Source: Ruditapes philippinarum (taxonomy: Eukaryota). From it: DNA of 64,000 bases. A program made the translations under genes and the position numbers. Below the pieces are notes generated by a model. That model was not told where the DNA came from. It did not search any database and worked only from the letters and a program-made list of their open reading frames with translations. This document shows, one piece after another, positions 14,590-27,777 of the stretch (its first letter is position 1; every line of letters begins with the position of its first letter). The stretch lies in the NCBI RefSeq assembly GCF_026571515.1, contig NW_026862094.1:62001-126000 (forward strand), in the 5' to 3' direction.

Positions 14590-16567
14590 CACGGGGGAGG
14601 AAGTGTTACACGAAGGATGGAGTTCTTATGATAACTTGTTCAGGAGTTCTTGTGATAACTGTCACGGAGTTCGTCGGAAAACATCTGTATATACTACAAA
14701 AACACTCGTCAAAAATGGTTATTTTCATCTTTCCAAAATGAGTTTTAGGTGCTAAATTAAACTTTAATGATTAAGCTTGTCTTACATCTTGTATTATGTG
14801 TCAAAAACTAATTCACAGACCATTTTTACGTCCTCTTGCTTCAAATCTGGTAGTTTTGAGTAAAATTTCCAAATTATTTGCCAATTCACAAGTATTGACC
14901 TGTTTATTTCTGGTCTTCATCCTTGCCATACATAATTACCTAATTATAGGGCAAAATTGCAAACATAAAGCACCGGCTAACAGATTTATACCCGATTTTT
15001 CAAATGTCCCGGAGTTCTTGTGATAACTCTGAAGATGTCACAGAGTTCTTATGATAACTTTTGTTATTGGCAGTGTGTTTCTTGCGCTAAATCACGGCAC
15101 GTTTTAGCGTTTTTTTATTATTCATTGAGATTGTAAATCATTATGAAATGTAGTACGCTCATCCTTTGCGCAAAAAATAGGATATATAATGTTGGTTTTG
15201 AGTGAATTTTAGCTCAAGAGATATTATTTTTTATACCCGCGTTTCTTTTTCATAGTATTTTTTTGTTTGACGCAGATTTCGTAGACTGGAAAAAGGATTT
15301 ATGTACTGGTTTCCTAGCTGTTTCTGGCCCCTAGCAGTTTTCTGGCCTTTATCATTTTCATCCAGGCATACAGTCTTTTTTTTCTCTCAGTTAAGCATCT
15401 TTGTTACTGCATCAATCTGAGAAACATTTGTTTTCTATGTAAAACATCAGTTATAATAGTACAGCGATTAATATGTTTCAAAGTTTTGTCTGTTGTTTTA
15501 AGTTACATTAGAGAACTTGCGACACTTACAAGCAACACCTGTGGAATTCTAGTTTGAATGCCCGTGCACAATAACTGAAATCCCATTCCAGGTAAATCTG
15601 GAACCTGGAGGGACAGTTCAAATTTTTTCGAGAGATCGGTAGTTAGAGCCAACCGCAGTTGAGTTTTTATCATGTATCGTACTTTTTAGGACATAAGTGG
15701 AAATCATCCTGGTTATATACTTATTTATTATGGTATAAAATGATACAAATTACTTAGCCCTTAGGTAAGGGAAGCATGCCTATATATTGTCTGCTTAAGA
15801 AAGATGGTTGCTTAAACTGAGAACAACGTGTACGTTTTGATACATTTTTGTTTTGTGGTTTAAGCCATTATACTGCTGAGTATCAGTGGCCGCTGGTTCA
15901 ATGTTACTGTAGATGATAGCCTATGATAGCCTATCACCTATTTATCCTTTGAAGACACTTAAGACCAACGTTTTATCCACATTTTTGTGCAAAGGATGAT
16001 CGTACTGCATTACATAATGATTTACAATCTTATTGAATGATAATAAACGCCAAAACGTGCCGTGATTTAGCGCAAGAAACACACTGCCAATAACAAAAGT
16101 TATCATAAGAACTCTGTGACATTTTCAGAGTTATCACAAGAACTCCGGGACATTTGAAAAATCGGGTATAAATCTGTTAGCCAGTGCTTTATGTTTGCAA
16201 TTTTGCATTATAATTAGGTAATTATGTATGGCAAGGATGAAGACCAGAAATAAACCGGTCAATACTTGTGAATTGGCAAATGATTTGGAAATTTTACTCA
16301 AAACTACCAGATTTGAAGCAGGAGGCGATGAAAAATAGCCTGTGAATTAGTTTTTGACACATAATACAAGATGTAAGACAAGCTTAATCATTAAAGTTTA
16401 ATTTAGCACCTACACTCATTTTGGAAAGATGAAAATAACCATTTTTGACGAGTGTTTTTGTAGTATATACAGATGTTTTCCGACGAACTCCGTGACAGTT
16501 ATCACAAGAACTCCTGAACAAGTTATCATAAGAACTCCATCCTTCGTGTAACACTTCCGCCCCCGTG
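14590..16567. mobile_element. Foldback non-autonomous DNA transposon, ~600-bp inverted arms, 5-bp TSD ATACA
   Basis: ATACA|CACGGGGGAGGAAGTG ... CACTTCCGCCCCCGTG|ATACA. Arms ~14590-15205 and ~15956-16567. Motif GAGTTCTT(A/G)TGATAACT occurs four times per arm. No transposase ORF. Confidence 0.85.
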
Positions 16568-16927
16568 ATACATACACTTATCAATAAGGTATTCTGTCGT
16601 GTTTTCGGTCTGTGGCAAAACAATGTAGCGAGAAATGAATCTCCGCGAATGTTAATGACTACGAGTATTTTCACGCGTTGAACGGTTGTCTACCCATTTA
16701 ATTGCACGGTGTGGTAATGATCACTTTCACTTTACAGCTAGCTGTTTTTATGACGGTTAATGTAACGTCATTGTTTAAATTTTTGCACGTGCTCGGCCCC
16801 GGTCGACAAACTCATAATCGATCACATGACACTTGATTAAAGCTAAACTAAAACAAACATTAATCCTTATTTCATTAGTGACTGAAATATTGCCAATAGT
16901 TTTGGTGGGAAAACGTGAAGTTCATAA

Positions 16928-19900
16928 TTAATATAGCAAGACACCGGTAAATGAAGTTGTTCTCTCATCATTGTCACCAAAGACACCAGAGCCTACATGC
17001 AAGGCGATCCAGACTTCGTCTCTTTCATTCAGACGTATAACAATCGTGCTGCTGCCTTGGTTATCATCTCTAGCAAATTGACTTTCAGCTGCCGCGTCAA
17101 ACTGAAGAAAAAAAAACCATAGAAACATCTCAGTGTTATTAACATAAAACGGAATATATATGCTTGAAATACATCATTTTTCCCAATGTAAATGTACGAC
17201 ATTTTTAATTCAGTGTTATAAAAAATTACGATGTCAATACAATACAATACAATACAATACAATAAATACAATACAATACACAATACAATAGAGTACAATA
17301 ATATACAATACAACGTTGTTATATACCTTACGGACACCGTTAACCATAAGTTTCACCCAGATTTCGTGGGTTTCCTTTCCAGATAACCTTCTTGCTGTTA
17401 TAGACCATGACAAGAGGTACACACCGGAAACTGGTACACGAAATATTCCTGAAATACGTAAATAAATCTGAAATTTTCAAAGGATCGTTTGCATGAAGTT
17501 TAAAAATGTTATTATTCTTCATTATATAACTGTTAAAATAACGAAATTTAACATTCTGATATTTGCATCCAAACTACAGAAATCTAAATGTGGATTTAAA
17601 GGAACGAAGAAAGTCACATCTTAAAACTATCAAATAAAATTCTTGAACATGGTGATACATTGATAACGGACTAACAGTTATTACCCAACATACGTGTAAA
17701 ATAATCGCGTATTTTAATAATTATATTAATTTACGTCGTTATTCTGAATATACTCGTATTACAGCATATTCAAATTTTGTTCTTATAAGTACAGGATCTA
17801 TTTTCATTGGGTGGTATGGAAATACATATTACGTGAATGGAGGTTGCCACGGGTGAAATATTATAATTTTCGTACCACAAGATGAAATTTTGTTGTTTAT
17901 TATAAACATTTTTCTCTTTTATGACATTACAATTTGAAAGACTTTCCCTTACATTTTGTGTATTGGCTGATTTTAGATGAAATAACCCGGAAAATATGTT
18001 TCACTGCAATGAAACATGATTTTTCATATTGAAAATACGGGAAATGAAAATACACATTTTATTTCATCAATATAAAATATCAATATTTCATTTATAAGTA
18101 TATAAGAAATACAGTGTACATAAACTGACAAAAATGCACTACTTGTTAAACGTATGTAAAACACTTGCTTTACATATGGTGAGAAACATATTGTGTACAC
18201 CGTATATTTAACATGCGGTGTAGACACATGCTTTTCATATTGATATGTACGAATATCATATGTTTTTCTTATAGTTCAAAGTCATTTAATCTGATGGCAA
18301 ATATTTTTACGTGTATAGCAGAACCTCCTTACAACAATAAAAAAGGTAAGACATTTCAAAGAGCAAAACTTGCAAACAATACATGCATTATCCAGTTAAT
18401 ATATTAAAAAGTACATGAATGGTCACTTATATTTAATTTATAAGAACTTATTCATATTAAAAAACATATCATAATCATAACTTTACGATGCTTTTGTTTA
18501 AATACATTTTTCATGTTGTCTTGGTTTAACATGTGTCATTTTACATATGAAATAAGACATGTTCACGTATTCAAACCATACGAAACACATATGATTTACA
18601 TGTTTTGTGTAATATATATAGATCTAGATATTGTATTCATAATATAATACCATCAAATTCAGCTTTAAAATTTAAAATGTTAAAATGCTATAGAAAGGGC
18701 AATCATCGTTATAATAGATTGTTTTAATATTGTTTATTTCAAGATAAATACTATATAGATTATAAAGAGGATATTTGTTTAGTTCAGTGTAAAATCGAAA
18801 TATAGTGAGCACCAAGAAGTGTACTTCGCGAGTGTTCACGAGATGAAATATATTTCGATCTTGCGCAAAACCTAACAAGTTTTCTTTTTATTTTATGCAA
18901 AGAAACGTATAAAAAGTCATATTAAGCTAATACAAAATGACAAGAGCGCCAAATAATGATGCAACGTCATATCATTTACGACGTCACGTCATTTAGTTGG
19001 TCCTCAGTACTGTGCACGCTGGTATAACACTGAAACAAAGTAACGAGGCTAAAACTCAAAGCAGTGAAAAATATCAAATTAATATTTTCACTGTTTCAAA
19101 CAGTGAAACATGAGTTTTAAATTTCACTGATATATTTCTAAAGACCACCGAAAAGCATGTAATAAATTTCAATAATAAAGATTCATTGATATTGCAAGTA
19201 GTAAAGCAAATAGATAATAGAACACATACCGGTATTCACACTATATGCGCCAGCCTCGTTCTGAAGAACTTTATTGTAAACAATGGGTTGGTTATATCCT
19301 ACCTGCTCTTTCACGTGGTCTAAGTACGCGGCAAATGAAACCGATACCGGCTGATGACGCTTTTCTGAAAATACAAATTAAAAACACTTCATGACAATTT
19401 AAAATGATGGTATGGCGGATCATATGCTTTAATGCTTTTGTAAAAGATTTTCAATTATTTTACCAGTGATCTTCAGATGGTCTATTGTTATTTTAATTCA
19501 TTTTGGTTACCTGTTATCCTCTTATATATAACATAAAGAAACATTAAACACTCATTAGGGACTTAACGCACGTGTTTTTGTTGTTGTTTTTGTTGTTTTT
19601 TGCATGTCAGACATGAGATTTACTATTTGAAAAATTTCGTTGCCGCCGTTGACAGCAACCCACGAGCTAGATGTTCTGGTCTAAACCGGCGGCCGGTGTA
19701 AGGTTCTTATGATAAATATGTAACTAAAGAAATCGCAAGTACACAGCATTTAAAGTAATAGTATTTTCTTAACTAGTTCCCGCATATAAAGCTAAAAATG
19801 CCAACTTACTGACCTCTTACTATACTTTTTGAACTGTTTGTCTCACCCTTCTGGTTAACAGTATCGGTACTTATGCGAAGGTGCTGACCATTAGATTCAA

Positions 19901-20216
19901 TCAAAGTTTCCATTGTCTTTTCTAATGCTGCAATGTTCTGTTTGTTTTCTTCATCAGATAGCTTTAACTCTTCAATTTTCTTCATCAGTTCCGCAATCTG
20001 TGACTGACATTGTGTTGTATTGCCGATCAGTAAACTCACAGACTGGATTAATTTCCGTTCTGCCACAGTCAGTCCTGATATCATTTGTTGCATTATTTCC
20101 ATTTTAGAAAGCACTTCTTTTAACGTGACTTCATTCTTGTAATTAATGTCTTCGCTAGTGAACACAGCATTAATGACAAGAATAAGACTTGCGAAGCAAA
20201 ATGGATAACAAGCCAT
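16928..20216 (-). CDS. Secreted C1q-domain-containing protein (signal peptide, coiled coil, gC1q), 277 aa, 4 exons
   Basis: Exons 19814-20216, 19230-19364, 17327-17448, 16928-17101; phases 1/1/0 fit. gC1q motifs SFAAYL, YNKVLQNEAGAYSVNTGIFRVPVSGVYLLSW, IRLNERDEVWI, TSFTGVLL. Confidence 0.92.
17236..17312. repeat. (CAATA)n microsatellite in C1qDC intron 3
   Basis: Directly visible pentanucleotide run. Confidence 0.9.
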
Positions 20217-22984
20217 GCTAGAACAAATTATTTTAATGTTTTAAACAGTAGCAAATATTGTGAACTGCAAAACTGTATTTAAAAGATAAATATGGTCTGA
20301 TTTGAAAGAGGAAGTACATGTGCACTCAATTATATAGTTATCCTTTTGTTTAACAAAAACTTACAAAGGGCCTGATAAAAATCAACTTCTTTTGAGAGAC
20401 ACTTTGTTAACATTTTAGAGTTGAACAATGTGGCATTGTGCGCTTTATTGTGTGTGATACCGTATTGTAAGATAATACAATAAACACGATATATACATGT
20501 ATATATCCACTTTTTGTGCACACCAGCTTAATTTTCGTAACTTTAAGAACGCATATACTGAATGCAACGCTTTTAAAACATTTTTGGTTTCATTAGTCCT
20601 TCAAAAACCGACGACGATTTTTCAATGCAATGTTGACAAAAAATTTTCGTCAGATGTACAAATTATAATAATCTATTTTACGCAGACTATTGAATTTCTG
20701 AGTTCTATCAGTGAGATACATATATATTATGAAAAGTAACTGGATGGGCAGAGAGTGAAATATCTCATATCACCACTGTCAATTGTTCGCTGAGATGAGC
20801 AAAAAAGTGATATATTTTCTTAACTGTAAGACAAACCCGGTCACGTTTGTATTCATTTTGGTATTTAACATTAGGACTTAAACATTATATTGTGTACTTT
20901 GTCGAAATGGCTAGTGAGCAGCACGCATTCGAAGCAAAGACAACTTCAAATGCCCATGAAATATAGCCCCGTGGGTATTCCCTTTTTAAGAAGGAACGAA
21001 ATCTTCAATACTGTATTATTTTTTGAAGAACTTGAGTACAAATATCGTTCGTAGCTTTACACAGCTGTTGATGCTGTACATGTTGTTTCTATGACATAAA
21101 ATAAAATGTGTTCGTTTTACATTTGAATATATCAACTTCAAGTGATATGATTTTCATTTTTCTTTTTTTCATGTTTCTTTTTTTTCTTCTTTTTTTTTTT
21201 TGGCTACCCTTCCTCAAAATAATTTGTTTCATACTTTCAAAAGGTGTACAACTATCACTTAAAGTTTACAGATAATACTTTTAATTTGTTCTAGATATAT
21301 AGTACATGCAGCACCGTCCACCGTGCTCGAATGGTAAAGGGATATTCTTTCAGATCGGCAGATTTAATGTTCGAATCCTATTTGTACCAGCAATGGTGCA
21401 TTATTTTAAGTATTAAAGATAAAATTGAATAATTAACAGCTGATCTTTTAAGGCGTCACTGTTTGTATTCATGCTAAAAACAAGGTTTGACCAAAATTGA
21501 CATTACGCCGCCTGCCAATCATTGATAAGCCAATCAGCGATCGTTATGAGTTTCACTGCGAAGTCAACCATTATCTTTAGACTAGCTTCTTGTATAAGAC
21601 AATGGTGCAGAGGTAATTTAGATTGAAATTATTTAGATTTTCTGTCAATTTAAAGCTATTTAATCGGTATATGTATTAAGCTATCAAATATTCTAACATA
21701 CTGACAGATAGTTAGTTCATTAAACACAAAGTCAATAAATTTCTATGGTAATTAGTTTTGTAGCAGGTACGAACCATTAAACCTGGCTATAACACAATGC
21801 ATGGGAAAAAAGGATTAAACAAATTCGCTTTTTACCATTCCATTTTTTCATAATCACATTATATATTATAATGTCCCAGAATATCTAGAAAATATTACTT
21901 TTTTCGTTTATAACGCATAACGTCAATAAAAATGCAGCCGAAAAAATGCAGATATAGATTTAATGAGTAAATACAATAAATTTTTTTGGTGAAACAATCG
22001 AACCTGAATATTTCTATAAAAGTTCAATATACATATATTAAGATAAAATGCTTAATACGGAACTAATACCAATAACATCATGTCTGGTGTATGTGAAGCT
22101 TATTCTAAAGAATATAACGTTGCATTTTATCGTGAATCATATCAAATGTGCAATACATAATTATATATCATACAAAGTGCCGCAAAGGCAGGCAATTTTC
22201 ACAATCAATTTATTCATGAACAAACTTATGTATAATTTAAACTAAACTGAATTTTGCTAATAAAACTCTAAAAATGATAAAACATTTTATTCTGTCACTA
22301 ATACAATTTTACTGATTTTGTTTCGCTACTTAAATTTGAAAATTAAACAATCATAACATACTTGTATACTTTTATACATTTAATCTCTCTTTGAATCTGT
22401 AAGATATAATGATATTTTGTCTGTTTAAGATTTTTCATTGTAGTCAACATGAAATTACACGATCCTTGCAAAATGTTTCATTCGTCATTAGTTCAAGAAT
22501 GCAGATATTTTTATACTTTAATGTACATTGAATAATACTATTCAATAAAACCATTAAAAAGTATCAAAATTTTATATATAGAAAAATTATATCAGGTTAG
22601 TATAAGTGGCATAACAGTTTTGCCAAGACATTGGTACCGTATTTTGTCTAAGGTTCTGAATGACCGGATCACGTGAATCAGTGGGCGGAGCGATCCCTTC
22701 ACTGACGTAATGTCAATTACATTTGATTTGTTTACCTGATTATGACCATGTCATCTATAAATTGATGTTTAGTACACATTGCAAGGTAATGTAAAGATGT
22801 AAATCTCATGATATACTGCATTTCTCCATGTTGTCAATATATCTTTTCAGTTCCAATAAGTTTGCATAAAAGTCCAAAAGGAAAACAATCTCAGCCAGAT
22901 TTGTTCTAGTTGCACTTGAAGACAAAAAGTTTGATCAGTTTGTTGACCCTCTTAAGGAGTTTCCTGAAGGTTAGAATAAATAGT

Positions 22985-23600
22985 TGTTTAGCCATAGTCT
23001 CAGAGTAGGCTATTAGGATCAATACATGTCCGTCGTCTATCTGCCGTTGTCACTTAGTTTGTTTACACTTTATTGTCGCATTTTTGTCTTAATAATCACG
23101 AAATTTTGTAATGATATTTGCTCCAGTAACTACAGGGACTAGTTTGAACATAGGTTATCTCAGATGGAAAACTAGGTCATATGACCCTAAATTAAGAAAC
23201 CATTTGTTAACGGTAAATTTGTTAACGGTAAGGCTACTGATGCAGTCCAAATATCCTGGAAATTTGTCATAAAGGTTAACAGATAGATTTCTAGCTAAGG
23301 TTCGAATAAAGATCACCTGGGGTGAAAAACTAGATCACAGTGCCTAAATATGGAAAAACCTTGCTAACACTCTAGAGTCTGAAAATAAATCAGGACGTTT
23401 GTTTGGGTGATTTCGAACTCAATTCCAAATAGTGGTCATCTGGGATCAAAATCTAGGTCATGCAGCAAAGATATTGAACAATTCTTGTCTACTTTTGTAC
23501 TATTTCAGAGGCAGGTTTGAACTTGTTGATACCATTTTAAGATTAAGTCATTTTATCTGCTTTTCATGTATAGTAATCATATAACAATAAAGGGGCAACC
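22985..23600 (+). mobile_element. Degenerate Helentron/HINE-like repeat with internal tandem units
   Basis: GTCCGTC-like tract near 23030, then recurring AAACTAG(G/A)TCA units at ~23170, 23328 and 23450. A related piece sits at ~5660-5870. Confidence 0.4.
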
Positions 23601-26119
23601 ATGACCTTCTTGCTTATGTCGTAGGGTTCGTCTTTCATGTATAGTTTCATGTAATGACACGGAAACAAATAAAATAATTTTCTAAGGTGGAAAGAAAAGC
23701 AACACAGCTACTTCGTGGCGCAAACCAATGGAAGTGTATTCAATGTGTGCATGCGTGCCTTCCAATCCGGGTGAGTAAATGTTAGGTGGCCCGTCCAGAA
23801 GAAATTAGTTGTTATGAGTTATATAGAATGACATTAAGTGTTACATATTGCAATGAATGAAAAGAATGAATGAAAATGAGAAAAATATGTGAAAATAAAT
23901 GGGACAAATATATAGGACATGCACATATATGATATAACAAAATGACAAACATACAGGGGATATATAACGACACAATATATAAGACATACATACAAACAAT
24001 AAATTATACATGTCGGTATATTACCCTCGTGACACTTATAGCTAGTATTTATTTTCATTTTTTGAGGCCCTTGGCCAACTTATCACTTTTTCCCGTTTAC
24101 TCACCACAGAACATTGGACGATTTTTCTCACCGAGCATCTGTGTAGCACTTTTGCTAAAGACAAACCTTAAGGTGCAAGGTATTGCACAACACAATTATT
24201 ACAGATATGTAAAGTTCCACACTTGTAATAAGATCAATGTCCATTAACATAATACATAGTATAGATTTTAACCAGAATTATCATGGCCCTCTGCAAAAAA
24301 AAATTGGTAGAAGTTTCATGTGCAACATCAATATTTAAAACTTCTGAAGGTATTTCTTTAAAACCACCTAATACATCTCTACAACTCTGACAATGATATT
24401 GGCCGAATTACAGCATTTTGTAATCTATGAAAATTGTTGGTTATAGCCCGTACATGGATTTGCATTTTTTCTCCTATATGGAAACTACGAAACTTTATTG
24501 TCACTGACATAAAATGCAAAGTAATTAGTTCTTATAAACACCATGTTAACTCAAAAGCGCCTTTTACTATTTTGGCCTAACCGAGCTTCACATACCTTAT
24601 CGTGTCCAATAGGAACATATTGGGGCTAAGATTGCGTTTTGGCAGGCCTAAAACCGGTATAAACTCCCAAGTGGTTTCACTTTGTTTCCAGATTTTTTAA
24701 CTACCACCGACCGTTTTAAGGCGGTATTGTGATGGAAACGTATCTTTTACTCGACTAGATTGACCGCTCCCCCCCCCTATTTGTAAGTTCATCATTTGCC
24801 TCAGAAAAAAAATACAATTAACTCGTAAATTTAATTAGATAGAAGAGTAGGCATTTTAGTTGTTTTTATCGTCAAATAGATATCAGTTAGGAGAATCATC
24901 AAAGATGTTTACGTTTTGAATTGTTTACTTATTACTCGTAATAGTTTAAAGGCGAAATAGTTTCAAGTAACAGACGCTTACCAGATCAGGTTAAAATCAG
25001 CATAAAGGAACGTATTATTTTATTAGCCAATCAATATCATTGTTTTTATTGACTGCGAAGATGGTGCAATCACTAGTATATATAGAGTAAGCGCAGCACA
25101 AAAGAGTCAGTTTGGTTTTGTCCGTGAGGCAGATCAGAGCAGTATTATATTTACTGGTACACAGAAGTCTCAGATATATAGTGCTAAAAATATATTGCTG
25201 TTTCTGTGAAATCTCATGGACAAACATTTGATTGAAGAAAGTTTTAGAAATGGGTATTCAAGTAAATCTGAATATGTCTGCGTATAGAAGGGAACGGAGT
25301 AGTAAATACATACTACTGTACAGAAAACACTAAAGACGTTTTACTGTTTCTGTCAAACCTCTGGATAAATATTTTAGTTGAAGTATTTTTGGGAAATAGA
25401 TATTTGAAATATGTTTGGTTTTGTCCTTCTAAGAGTCGGATCGTAATAATAGAAATATTTTCCTGTACACAGAAATCACAGATATCTGGTACTGAAGTGT
25501 TTTATTGTTTCAGTAAGACCTCTCGGGCCAACGATTGATTTGTTATATTTTGGCTGATGTTAAAGCTAGTACAGAGAAATCTCGGATATCTGGTACTAAG
25601 GATGCTATATGTATAAGACAAATGTTTAATGAGGAAATATCTTTATGAATGTTTGGAGTAATGTAGTTTTGAAAAGAAATGTAGGATAAAAAATTGTTGA
25701 AATGTAAAAAATTTAGGAATATAAAGGATAGGTTTAGCTTTGGATTGATATTTGAATGAGAATAGTTGTTGAAAACAAATAAATTGTTTCTTGGAATATA
25801 TAGTTTCGAATGTTTGTAGAAAGAGATTAAGATTGTTATTTTACAATGAATGATGTTTTTAGTTATTTTGCAATCATAAGGATAAGTATCTCGAGAAAAA
25901 TTATATATTTACATTTAAGAATACTATGATTTTATTTTGTAGCAATTAGATTAATAATCAACAGCTTGGTACGCGCTACAGTACACCTCTGTGTTCCTTC
26001 ACGTGATTAACAAGTCTTCATTGTTTTGAATGTTATCATGTTTTGTGATGTCTACCTTTTTAAATTGTCAATAAAGGTAAGTATTTTTTCACCCCCCACA
26101 TGAGTCTAATAACAGATAT

Positions 26120-26420
26120 TGTAAAACGTGGCTCTAGTAAAGGAATTGTAAGACTTGGCTCTAGTAAAAAATTGTGTAAGACGTAGCTCTAGTAAAAGAA
26201 TTGTAAGCCGAGGCTCTAGTAAAAGAATTGTAAGCCGTGGCTCTAGTACGAGGCTCTAGTTAAAGAATTGTAAGCCGCGTCTCTATTAAAATTATTGTAA
26301 GACGTGGCTTAAAATATTGAAAGAGGCGCATCTAGTAAAAGTATTGAAAGCCGAGTCTCTAGTAAAAATATTGTGAGCCGTTGCTCTAGTAAAGGTATTG
26401 GAAAAGAAGCTCTGGTAGAA
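26120..26420. repeat. Minisatellite, ~27-bp unit, about 10-11 degenerate copies
   Basis: Unit approximately TGTAAG(A/C)CG(T/A)GGCTCTAGTAAAAGAAT. Confidence 0.85.
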
Positions 26421-27433
26421 TATTGGTGAGGTAATAAGCTATTGTTTGTTTGTCGACAGTTCGGGACTGAGGGGGCGGGGTGCATTTAGATAAAGAATAA
26501 TGAATTGCACTTCGAGATTTGCACAACACAAAATTTGAAAAATGTCAGGTTGATAAGTTTCGCCAAATTTTCATGTGCATATTCAATTTCTGAATGACTA
26601 AAAGTAGCTTTATACAGACGTGGACATTCTGATGTCTGACATTAAAATTGACAGAAAATTTCTGCCCATTTTTTAAGTGTTTTGATTTAAAGAATGTCAA
26701 AATCGAGCTGTTTACTGTATATAAATTTGATAAGGTAGTCAAATAGGTTCTATCTAATGTCAATAACAAAATTCGGTGACACCATCCCTCTGGTAATCAA
26801 GGTTTGAATATGTATTTAGTTGTACATTTAATAATTGCATATTTTCCCCAGTCAAGTCATTTTCCAGTACAAAATTCGTAAACTTGATCAAGTACTTTTC
26901 CTCAAAATGGCCAGAAAAAGACCTGATGTCGCATCATTTTGTCAATTATGAATGAACTTATTTTCCAACAATTAAACTTATCTAAGGAAGACATAGTGAT
27001 TATTGCTACATCAGTTTAGAATTATAAAACATATTTGGTGATAAAACCACATTTCAAACTTGTTTTTATCACACACCCGTGCCGATGTTGCGACTCCGTA
27101 AATATGGTATTGCACGACCGTGCATATATTTTGACGTGACGTCATTACCGTTATACAAACATAGTGTAAAGACGCGCTAAATGTTAGCGTAATACTACAA
27201 GCGCGTCAATGAAAAATGACTCTTATCTCACTTTAAACGGTCTTTATTTTGGGTATGTGATAAATAGAATATTAAATTCGTGTAAGTTCATTACTGAATT
27301 TATTGCACTCGTTGAATAAAATAATATTATGCTCGCCAGAGGCTCGCATAATATTATTTTATTCAACTCGTGCAATAAATTCAGTATTAAACTTACACTC
27401 ATTCAGTATCCTCTATATAATAAATGTTCATGA

Positions 27434-27650
27434 NNNNNNNNNNNNNNNNNNNNNNNNNNNNNNNNNNNNNNNNNNNNNNNNNNNNNNNNNNNNNNNNNNN
27501 NNNNNNNNNNNNNNNNNNNNNNNNNNNNNNNNNNNNNNNNNNNNNNNNNNNNNNNNNNNNNNNNNNNNNNNNNNNNNNNNNNNNNNNNNNNNNNNNNNNN
27601 NNNNNNNNNNNNNNNNNNNNNNNNNNNNNNNNNNNNNNNNNNNNNNNNNN
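27434..27650. other. Assembly gap followed by (TTC)n and (ATT)n microsatellites to ~27776
   Basis: Run of N. Confidence 1.
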
Positions 27651-27737
27651 TTATTCTTATTATCATTAATGTTATTGTTGTTGTGTTCTTCTTCTTCTTC
27701 TTCCTCTTCGTCTTCTTTTTCTTAATTGTTATTGTTA

Positions 27738-27777
<40 letters not shown>

